From assembly GCA_028277115.1 (NCBI GenBank), contig JANQHG010000096.1, positions 1-64,000 of the forward strand: a stretch of DNA of 64,000 nt, given 5' to 3'. Below, one piece after another: positions 57,144 to 64,000 of the stretch. Under the pieces are notes generated by a model. The model saw nothing but the letters and a program-made list of their open reading frames with translations. It made no database searches and had not been told where the DNA came from. The position numbers and the translations under genes were made by a program. Position 1 is the first letter of the stretch. Every line of letters starts with the position of its first letter. Source of the stretch: Azospirillaceae bacterium. Its GTDB lineage: Bacteria > Pseudomonadota > Alphaproteobacteria > Azospirillales > Azospirillaceae.

Positions 57144-57569
57144 TCACGCCTCGCCGCTGGTCCGCCGGCGGTGTAACACCAGCGCGGTTTCGTCGAACAA
57201 GGCGGTCTCCTGACGCCGGCGCGCCTCGGCCTCCCGCCGGCACCGGTCTTCATGGGCCAGTTCGTAGCGCTTCAACTCCTGGAACGCCTCGGCGATCTCG
57301 ACCTCGGCCGCGGCGATCCAGCGCTCGGCGTCGGCGATCGACTGTTCGACCCGGCTGCGCCGCCGCTGGGTCTCCCTGGCGAATGCCACCAAGTGGAGCG
57401 CCGCGTCGGGCAGGCCGTCGGCCACCGCCTGCTCGGCGGCGAGCGCGCTGTCCAGCGCCGTCACCCGATCCTGCAACTGGTCGCGCAAGCCCAGGAGATC
57501 GTTGAGCTTGCGCTGACGTTCTTCGACGCGCTGGCGGTGAAGCCGGATCAGCGGGCGCAGGTCGGTCAT
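57144..57569 (-). CDS. fliJ: flagellar export protein FliJ
   Basis: 141-aa coiled-coil protein immediately after fliI, with a 4-nt overlap. Confidence 0.8.
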   Translation of the reverse strand: MTDLRPLIRLHRQRVEERQRKLNDLLGLRDQLQDRVTALDSALAAEQAVADGLPDAALHLVAFARETQRRRSRVEQSIADAERWIAAAEVEIAEAFQELKRYELAHEDRCRREAEARRRQETALFDETALVLHRRRTSGEA

Positions 57570-58900
57570 GGCGCGGGCATCCCCAGGGCATCGGCGAGCA
57601 GTTGGTAACTCGATTTAAGGTCGGCTTGTTCGGATTTGCCTTGGCGCAACACCGCTTCGAGGGCGTCCTGGTAGCGAATCGCCTCATCCACCCGGGCGTC
57701 GCTGCCGGCGCGGTACGCGCCGAGCCGGATCATCTCGGCCATGTCGTCGTAGGTCGATAGCAAACCGCGGGCCCGGCCGACCACCGCGTTCTCGGCCTCG
57801 CTGTTGCATGCCGGCAGGGTCCGCGACACGCTGCGCAGGATGTTGACCGCGGGATAGCGGCCGCGCTCGGCGATTCGACGGTCGAGCACGATGTGACCGT
57901 CCAAGATGCCGCGCACCGCGTCGGCGATCGGCTCGTTGTGGTCGTCGCCCTCGACCAGCACGGTGAACAGGCCGGTGATCGTGCCCTGGTCGGGGCGGCC
58001 CGGCCCGGCGCGCTCGAGCAGTCGCGGCAACTCGGCGAACACGGTCGGCGGATAGCCCTTGGTGGTCGGCGGCTCGCCGGCGGACAGCCCGATCTCGCGC
58101 TGCGCCATCGCAAAGCGGGTGACGCTGTCCATCAGGCACAAGACGTTCTCGCCCTGGTCGCGGAAGTACTCGGCGATCGCGAGCGTCAGATACGCGGCTT
58201 GGCGGCGCATCAACGGCGGCTCGTCCGAGGTCGCGACCACCAACACGCTGCGCGCCAACCCCTCGGCGCCGAGATCCTCGGTGATGAACTCCTGGACCTC
58301 GCGGCCGCGTTCGCCGATCAGGCCGACCACGATCACCGGCGCCTCGGTGAACCGCGCCATCATCGACAACAACACAGATTTGCCGACGCCCGAGCCGGCG
58401 AAGATGCCCATCCGCTGGCCGCGACAGCAGGTCACGAAGCTGTTGATCGCCCGCACCCCAAGGTCGATCTTGCCCCCGACTCGGGCGCGGGTGTGCGCCG
58501 GCGGCGGCTGGGCGCGGATCGCGACCCCGTGCGGCCCGTCCGGCACCGCGCCGCCGCCGTCGACCGGTTCGCCGAGCGCGTTGACCACCCGCCCGAGCCA
58601 GCCGCGGCTCGGGAACACCGCCGGCCGGGCGTCGGCGACCAGCACCTCGGCCGCCAGCCCGACGCCGTCGAGGCTGCCGAGCGGCATCACCAAAGCCCGC
58701 CCGGCGCGGAACCCGACGACCTCGCACGGCACCAGCCGGCCGCCGAGCGCGTGGACCAGGCAGCGCCCGCCGACGCTGAGACAGCGCTCGAGCCCGGTAA
58801 CCTCGACCATCAGCCCGAGCACCCCGGTGACCCGCCCGAACCGGCGGTGGTCGGGCAGTCGCGCCACCTGGTCGATTACGCGGTCGGTCAGTGTCGCCAT
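57566..58900 (-). CDS. fliI: flagellum-specific ATP synthase FliI
   Basis: Walker A GSGVGKS, Walker [14 protein letters not shown] 58900 (MATLTD...) chosen; 58945 is an alternative. Confidence 0.9.
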   Translation of the reverse strand: MATLTDRVIDQVARLPDHRRFGRVTGVLGLMVEVTGLERCLSVGGRCLVHALGGRLVPCEVVGFRAGRALVMPLGSLDGVGLAAEVLVADARPAVFPSRGWLGRVVNALGEPVDGGGAVPDGPHGVAIRAQPPPAHTRARVGGKIDLGVRAINSFVTCCRGQRMGIFAGSGVGKSVLLSMMARFTEAPVIVVGLIGERGREVQEFITEDLGAEGLARSVLVVATSDEPPLMRRQAAYLTLAIAEYFRDQGENVLCLMDSVTRFAMAQREIGLSAGEPPTTKGYPPTVFAELPRLLERAGPGRPDQGTITGLFTVLVEGDDHNEPIADAVRGILDGHIVLDRRIAERGRYPAVNILRSVSRTLPACNSEAENAVVGRARGLLSTYDDMAEMIRLGAYRAGSDARVDEAIRYQDALEAVLRQGKSEQADLKSSYQLLADALGMPAP

Positions 58901-59086
58901 GGCGGTCAAACCTTGACGTGTCGGTCGGATCCCGGCTGCGGCCATCCGACCGCCGAGCGGGCCGCCGGGCGGGCGTCGCGGCGGGAACCCGCGCGACCGC
59001 GGTCGACCGTTGATCGGTGAACCGACCCCCTTGGCTACCCGATGGCGCTTAACAGCCGGTGAAGCGCTCTTGCCGAAGCGACAGTC

Positions 59087-59102
59087 CTAATTTAAACTTA
59101 AC
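59087..59102 (+). promoter_or_regulatory. CtrA-box-like motif CTAA-N7-TTAAC in the fliI/ctrA divergent intergenic region
   Basis: One mismatch to TTAA-N7-TTAAC. A GANTC (GATTC) site lies at about 59222. Confidence 0.3.
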
Positions 59103-59428
59103 GAAGCTGGTCGTCGGCACGTACTGGGCGTGCCTGCGCTGTGCTCGATTTGACGCAAGATCCCGTGACACCGCGGTCGCGCCGATGCGTACGGCGCAGT
59201 CGGTTCGACTTTTGGTTGTGCGATTCTCGGTTAGCGGCGCTATCGTTCGGGGGTCGCAACCCTTGGGACGAGGGTGGGTGACGCGGGACCACCGTGCGTA
59301 ACGCCGGGGATCGGTCCGCCGGTCCCGGCGGTTCGACCCGTTAAGACGCAGGGGAAACGCCGCGTGGTGATGCGCCTTGATCGGGTGCCGTGTTCGAAGA
59401 CGGACCGGGCAACGGGTGGATGGCCGGG

Positions 59429-60148
59429 ATGAGGGTGCTGCTCGTCGAAGATGACTCCTCGATGGCGAAAAGCATCGAGTTGATGTTGAAAAGCGAAGGC
59501 TTTATCGTCGACTCGACCGATCTCGGTGAGGACGGTCTCGAGATCGGCAAACTCTATGACTACGACATCATCCTATTGGACCTGATGCTGCCGGACATCG
59601 ACGGTTATGAGGTTCTGCGCCGCCTGCGCGCCGCCCGCGTCGGCACGCCGATCTTGATCCTGTCCGGATTGACCGAGCTCGATCACAAGATCAAGGGCCT
59701 GGGGTTCGGCGCCGACGATTATCTGACCAAGCCGTTCGACCGTCGCGAGTTGATCGCGCGAATCCAGGCGATCGTGCGCCGGAGCAAAGGGCATTCCGAC
59801 AGCATCATCCGCACCGGTCGTCTGTCCGTCAACCTGGATACCCGCACGGTCGAGGTTGACAACCGCCCGCTCCATTTGACCGGTAAGGAATACGGCATCA
59901 TCGAACTGCTGTCCCTGCGCAAGGGGACCACGCTGACCAAGGAGATGTTTTTGAACCATCTCTACGGCGGCATGGATGAGCCGGAGCTCAAGATCATCGA
60001 TGTCTTCGTCTGCAAGTTGCGCAAAAAGCTGGCGAACGCGACCAACGGCGCCAACTACATCGAAACCGTGTGGGGCCGCGGCTATGTCTTGCGTGACCCT
60101 CCCGACTCGAGCGCCGACGCGACACCGGCGCGCCGGGCCGCCGGCTGA
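59429..60148 (+). CDS. ctrA: cell-cycle response regulator CtrA (OmpR family)
   Basis: [25 protein letters not shown]...[12 protein letters not shown]. Near-identical in character to alphaproteobacterial CtrA. Confidence 0.95.
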   Translation: MRVLLVEDDSSMAKSIELMLKSEGFIVDSTDLGEDGLEIGKLYDYDIILLDLMLPDIDGYEVLRRLRAARVGTPILILSGLTELDHKIKGLGFGADDYLTKPFDRRELIARIQAIVRRSKGHSDSIIRTGRLSVNLDTRTVEVDNRPLHLTGKEYGIIELLSLRKGTTLTKEMFLNHLYGGMDEPELKIIDVFVCKLRKKLANATNGANYIETVWGRGYVLRDPPDSSADATPARRAAG

Positions 60149-60180
60149 GCCGGCGCAGGTCGTATCACCCGGACGACCGG

Positions 60181-61656
60181 GTGGGCGGATCGGGCGAAAT
60201 GCTTGAACCGGGCCCGACCGGGGCGTGCGCCCCACTGGACCGCAAGGCTGCGCTGGCGGCGCTCGCGGCCCGATTCGGGGGGCGGCTGTCGACCGCGGCT
60301 GCCGTTCGCGACCAGCACGGCCACGACGAGTCGTGGCATCCGTCCGCACCGCCCGACGCGGTCTTGTTCGCTCGCACGACCGACGAGGTGTCGGCCGCGG
60401 TCGCGATCTGCGCCGCGCACCGCCTGCCGGTGATCGCGTTCGGCACCGGGACCGCGCTCGAAGGCGGGGTATGCGCCGAGACCGGCGGGCTTTCGATCGA
60501 TCTCTCGGGCCTCGACCGTATCGTCCGGGTCAGCACCGCCGATCTCGACTGCACGGTCGAGGCCGGGGTGACCCGCAGCCGGCTGAACAGCCACTTGCGC
60601 GACACCGGGTTGTTCTTTCCGATCGACCCGGGTGCCGACGCCTCGATCGGCGGCATGGCGGCGACCCGGGCGAGCGGGACCAATGCGGTGCGCTACGGCA
60701 CCATGCGAGACACCGTCCTCGGCCTCACCGTGGTGCTGGCCGACGGCCGGGTGATCCGGACCGGCGGCCGGGCCCGCAAATCGGCGGCCGGTTACGATCT
60801 CACCCGCCTGTTCGTCGGCTCGGAAGGCACGCTCGGGCTGATCACCGAGATAACGCTGCGGCTGGCCGGCGTGCCCGAGGCGATCGTGGCCGCGGTGTGC
60901 CCGTTTGCCGGGATCCGCGGCGCGGTCGAAACCGTGATCGAGACCATCCAGGCCGGGGTGCCGGTCGCGCGGATCGAGTTGTTGGACGAGGTCCAGATCG
61001 ACGCGGTCAACCGCTACTCGCGGACCGACCACCGGGTGGCGCCGACCTTGTTCCTCGAGTTCCACGGCTCGCCGGCCGCGGTCGCCGAACAGGCCGAGGC
61101 CGTGGCCGCGGTCGCCGAAGCGCATGGCGGCGGTCCGTTCGCCTGGGCCCGCGCCGCCGAGGAACGGGCGCGCCTGTGGCGGGCGCGGCACGAGGCATAT
61201 TGGGCCGCGATCGCGCTCAGACCCGGCGCCAAGGGTTGGCCGACCGACGTGTGCGTGCCGATCTCCCGGCTCGCCGACTGCATCCTCGAGACCAAGGCCG
61301 ACCTTGCCGCCTCGTCGGTGATCGCGCCGATGGTCGGGCACGTCGGCGACGGCAACTTCCATTTGGTGATCGTGATCGATCCGGCGCGACCGGACGAGCT
61401 CGCCGAGGCGCAGCGGCTCTCGGATCGCTTGGTCCGACGCGCGCTCGCGATGGGCGGCACGTCGAGCGGCGAGCACGGCATCGGCACCGGCAAAGTCGCC
61501 TATCTCGAGGCCGAGCACGGCGATGCGGTCGCGGTGATGGCGTCGATCAAGCGCGCGCTCGACCCGCTCGGCCTGCTCAACCCGGGCAAGGTGTTGCGCG
61601 CGGGCGCGATCGCCCCTGGCGTCAGGGTCGCGCCGCCCCCGGCCGCCGACCGATAA
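60181..61656 (+). CDS. FAD-linked oxidase (D-lactate dehydrogenase/glycolate oxidase GlcD-like)
   Basis: FAD_binding_4 (VIAFGTGTALEGG) and C-terminal FAD-oxidase_C domain. An ATG at 60199 is an alternative start. Confidence 0.85.
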   Translation: MGGSGEMLEPGPTGACAPLDRKAALAALAARFGGRLSTAAAVRDQHGHDESWHPSAPPDAVLFARTTDEVSAAVAICAAHRLPVIAFGTGTALEGGVCAETGGLSIDLSGLDRIVRVSTADLDCTVEAGVTRSRLNSHLRDTGLFFPIDPGADASIGGMAATRASGTNAVRYGTMRDTVLGLTVVLADGRVIRTGGRARKSAAGYDLTRLFVGSEGTLGLITEITLRLAGVPEAIVAAVCPFAGIRGAVETVIETIQAGVPVARIELLDEVQIDAVNRYSRTDHRVAPTLFLEFHGSPAAVAEQAEAVAAVAEAHGGGPFAWARAAEERARLWRARHEAYWAAIALRPGAKGWPTDVCVPISRLADCILETKADLAASSVIAPMVGHVGDGNFHLVIVIDPARPDELAEAQRLSDRLVRRALAMGGTSSGEHGIGTGKVAYLEAEHGDAVAVMASIKRALDPLGLLNPGKVLRAGAIAPGVRVAPPPAADR

Positions 61657-61661
61657 AAAAA

Positions 61662-61695
61662 AGCGGCGCCCGAACTTAGGTCGGGCGCCGGCCGT
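61662..61695. terminator. hairpin GGCGCCCGA-n-TCGGGCGCC preceded by A8 (T8 on the minus strand)
   Basis: Read directly after the oxidase stop. The poly-A/poly-T side suggests a bidirectional or minus-sense intrinsic terminator. Confidence 0.4.
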
Positions 61696-61834
61696 CAGTC
61701 AGCGGTTGGGGGGAACCACAACAGCGCGGTTACGATCGCCCGATCCTTTGCAAAATGCAACCCTCTCGTTTTGCAACTCAGCTGCCTGCCCTGCTGCAAT
61801 GCAGCGTCCCCTCAGCGCCGGAGCGTGATGCCCG

Positions 61835-62317
61835 ATGACCGACACCCCGCACCGGCCGGCGATCACGATCGCCGAGCTCGACGCGATCGCCCGCGACGGC
61901 GTGCCGATCGCCGCCGAGTTCGGCATCGCGGTCGAGGCGCTCGATCCCGGCTCGGCCCGTCTGCGGCTGCCGTACAAGACCGATTTCGTGCGGCCGGGCG
62001 GCACGGTGGCGGGCCCCGTCTTGTTTGCGCTGGCCGATTATGGGCTTTACTGCGCGGTTTTGAGCCTGATCGGCCGGGTCGAGCTCGCGGTGACCACCAG
62101 CATGACGATCAACTTCCTGCGCCGCCCGGCGCCGCGCGCCGTGATCGCCGAGGCCCGCCTGCTCAAGCTCGGCAAACGGCTCGCCTATGGCGAGGTCACC
62201 CTCTACACCGAGGGCGACGACCAGCCGGTCGCCCATGTCACCGGCACCTACTCGATCCCGCCGCACCCGCCGGTCGCCGTCGAGGTGCCGCATCACCGCT
62301 TTTCCGACGACGGTTGA
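61835..62317 (+). CDS. PaaI-family hotdog-fold thioesterase
   Basis: 160 aa. ...ARLLKLGKRLAYGEVTLY... hotdog pattern. Confidence 0.85.
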   Translation: MTDTPHRPAITIAELDAIARDGVPIAAEFGIAVEALDPGSARLRLPYKTDFVRPGGTVAGPVLFALADYGLYCAVLSLIGRVELAVTTSMTINFLRRPAPRAVIAEARLLKLGKRLAYGEVTLYTEGDDQPVAHVTGTYSIPPHPPVAVEVPHHRFSDDG

Positions 62318-62470
62318 CCGTTGACAGCGTGGCGCGCCGGCCATAAAAGACGCTTTTCCCGACCTCCAAACAGGGGCGCGGTCGTTTGAACCTGTCCGCC
62401 GCGGCACGTGGCGGCGTCGTGGAACCGTCACGCGAAAGCAGTGCTGAGGGGCGGTGGAGCAGGATCGGAG

Positions 62471-62935
62471 ATGAAAACCTTCAACCTGACGCCGGCGCAG
62501 ATCGAAAAACGCTGGCTCGTCGTCGATGCCGATGGCCTGGTGCTCGGCCGGTTGGCCAGCCTGTTGGCCAACATCCTGCGCGGCAAACACAAGCCGACCT
62601 ACACCCCGCATCTCGATTGCGGCGACAACGTCATTGTGATTAACGCGGAAAAGGTCCGGCTGACCGGCAACAAAGCGCGCGACTCGATCTTTTACTGGCA
62701 CACCGGCTACCCCGGCGGGATTAAGGGCCTGTCGAAAGGCAAAATCCTGGAAGGCCGGTTCCCGGAGCGGGTGATCATTAAGGCGGTCGAGCGGATGGTA
62801 CCGCGCGGGCCGCTCGGACGCCGGCAGATGCGCAACCTGCGGGTCTACAAAGGACCGGACCATCCCCACCAGGCGCAATCGCCGGAACCGCTCGACATCG
62901 CGAGCCGCAATCCAAAGAACACCAGGAGCGCTTGA
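62471..62935 (+). CDS. rplM: 50S ribosomal protein L13
   Basis: [30 protein letters not shown]... RBS GGAGCAGGATCGGAG. Confidence 0.95.
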   Translation: MKTFNLTPAQIEKRWLVVDADGLVLGRLASLLANILRGKHKPTYTPHLDCGDNVIVINAEKVRLTGNKARDSIFYWHTGYPGGIKGLSKGKILEGRFPERVIIKAVERMVPRGPLGRRQMRNLRVYKGPDHPHQAQSPEPLDIASRNPKNTRSA

Positions 62936-62940
62936 CCCCG

Positions 62941-63462
62941 ATGGCGACGCAATCGACGACGCTGACCGATTTGAAGGACCTGCGCGATCGCCGCGCCGGC
63001 GCCGCGGCGCCGGTCGCCGCCGACAGTGTGGCGGTCAGCCTGGATGATCCGCTGCCGGAGCCGAAGATCGACCGCCACGGCCGCGCCTATGCGACCGGCC
63101 GGCGCAAGGATGCGGTCGCGCGCGTCTGGATCATGCGCGGCAGCGGCAAGATCACGGTAAACCGCAAGGCGATCGCCGTCTACTTCTCGCGCCCGGTGCT
63201 GCGCATGATCATCGGCCAGCCCTTTGCGATCGCCGACCGGGTCGATCAGTTCGACGTTCTGTGCACGGTCAAGGGCGGCGGGCTGTCCGGTCAGGCGGGC
63301 GCAGTGCGCCACGGCATCTCGCGCGCCTTGACCTATTTCGAGCCCGGTCTGCGCCCGCCGTTGAAGGCCGCGGGCTTTCTCACCCGCGACAGCCGCACGG
63401 TCGAACGCAAGAAGTACGGCCGGGCCAAGGCGCGCCGCAGCTTCCAGTTCTCCAAGCGCTGA
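62941..63462 (+). CDS. rpsI: 30S ribosomal protein S9
   Basis: C-terminal ...[14 protein letters not shown]. rplM-rpsI operon. Confidence 0.95.
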   Translation: MATQSTTLTDLKDLRDRRAGAAAPVAADSVAVSLDDPLPEPKIDRHGRAYATGRRKDAVARVWIMRGSGKITVNRKAIAVYFSRPVLRMIIGQPFAIADRVDQFDVLCTVKGGGLSGQAGAVRHGISRALTYFEPGLRPPLKAAGFLTRDSRTVERKKYGRAKARRSFQFSKR

Positions 63463-63530
63463 TCCGAGCCCCGGGCCTCGGGGCGGGGACGGTCGATCGG
63501 GTCCGTGTCGGGCGCGAAGAGGGGCGTGTC

Positions 63531-64000
63531 ATGTCCGCTGATCAGTCGAAGCTTGGTCGCTCGCAGCTGGGCATCGCGGTTTTGGGCGCGAGCGGTTACA
63601 CCGGGGCGGATTTGGTCCGGCTGTTGGTCCGCCACCCGGCGGCCGAGCTCCGGGTGCTGACCGCCGACCGCCACGCCGGCCGGTCGATCGCAGAGGTGTT
63701 CCCCCATCTCGCGGCCTTCGATTTGCCGGTGCTGACCCGGGTCGAGGACCAGAGCTGGGCCGGGATCGATCTCGTGTTCTGCGCGCTGCCGCACGGCACC
63801 ACGCAGGAGATCATCGCCGCCCTGCCGGGACATCTGCGGGTGGTCGATCTGTCGGCCGATTTCCGCCTGGCCGATCCCGAGGTCTATGCCGCCTGGTACG
63901 GTCATGCCCACCGCGCACCGGCGCTGCAGGCCGACGCGGTCTACGGGTTGACCGAGCTCACCCGGGCGCGGGTCGCGGGCGCCCGGCTGGTCGCCAACCC
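63531..64000 (+). CDS. argC: N-acetyl-gamma-glutamyl-phosphate reductase (5' part; runs off the window)
   Basis: IAVLGASGYTGADLVRLL...VFCALPHG. No stop within the window. Confidence 0.9.
   Translation, partial: MSADQSKLGRSQLGIAVLGASGYTGADLVRLLVRHPAAELRVLTADRHAGRSIAEVFPHLAAFDLPVLTRVEDQSWAGIDLVFCALPHGTTQEIIAALPGHLRVVDLSADFRLADPEVYAAWYGHAHRAPALQADAVYGLTELTRARVAGARLVAN

Noticed and set aside
59092-59101. TTAA-N2-TTAA element as a CtrA box
   Set aside because: Spacing is wrong for CtrA (needs N7). Only the overlapping CTAA-N7-TTAAC reading fits, and that one has a first-half mismatch.

Overview
This is a high-GC (about 68-70%) chromosomal window that looks alphaproteobacterial (Rhodospirillales/Rhizobiales-like). 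I infer this from ctrA, the hemA-prfA-prmC operon and a DUF4167 gene. Most of the window is core housekeeping genes. Several accessory insertions interrupt it.

- **Window start (1-497):** an IS630-family transposase 3' remnant next to two tandem, atypical tRNA genes (Cys-GCA-like and Thr-TGT-like).
- **Top candidate (22.7-25.8 kb):** a roughly 3 kb islet of clearly lower GC carrying three translationally coupled genes. These are a restriction-endonuclease-fold (Mrr-like) effector, an 81-aa helical protein, and a 587-aa ABC ATPase with a long coiled-coil insert and an FLIHDS-type Walker B. I read this as an ABC-3C / Lamassu-like conflict (anti-phage) cassette. The family assignment is from memory and needs HMM confirmation.
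- **Glycan cluster (10.3-19.0 kb):** genes for a modified glycan.
  - a sugar N-formyltransferase
  - a putative rhamnosyltransferase-like GT
  - an NAD-dependent epimerase/dehydratase
  - a DegT aminotransferase fused in-frame to a complete MOSC protein
  - a GT2-sulfotransferase fusion
  - a divergently transcribed SAM methyltransferase
  - an inserted Rpn/YhgA-like PD-(D/E)XK nuclease gene
- **Repeats:** a dispersed family of GC-rich palindromic repeats (three copies) and a four-hairpin array in a 5' leader.
- **Signalling:** a sugar-binding lipoprotein next to a hybrid histidine kinase-Hpt, with a perfect 14-bp inverted repeat between them.
- **Other:** a sodium-dependent bicarbonate transporter SbtA with a PII-like SbtB; a fliI-fliJ / ctrA divergent locus with a CtrA-box-like site; an orphan ABC permease pair; an unusual P-type ATPase.

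No CRISPR arrays or rRNA genes were found. The intergenic structures are described from reading the sequence, and the family calls are inferred from motifs by eye. Neither was checked with a structure predictor or a profile-HMM search.
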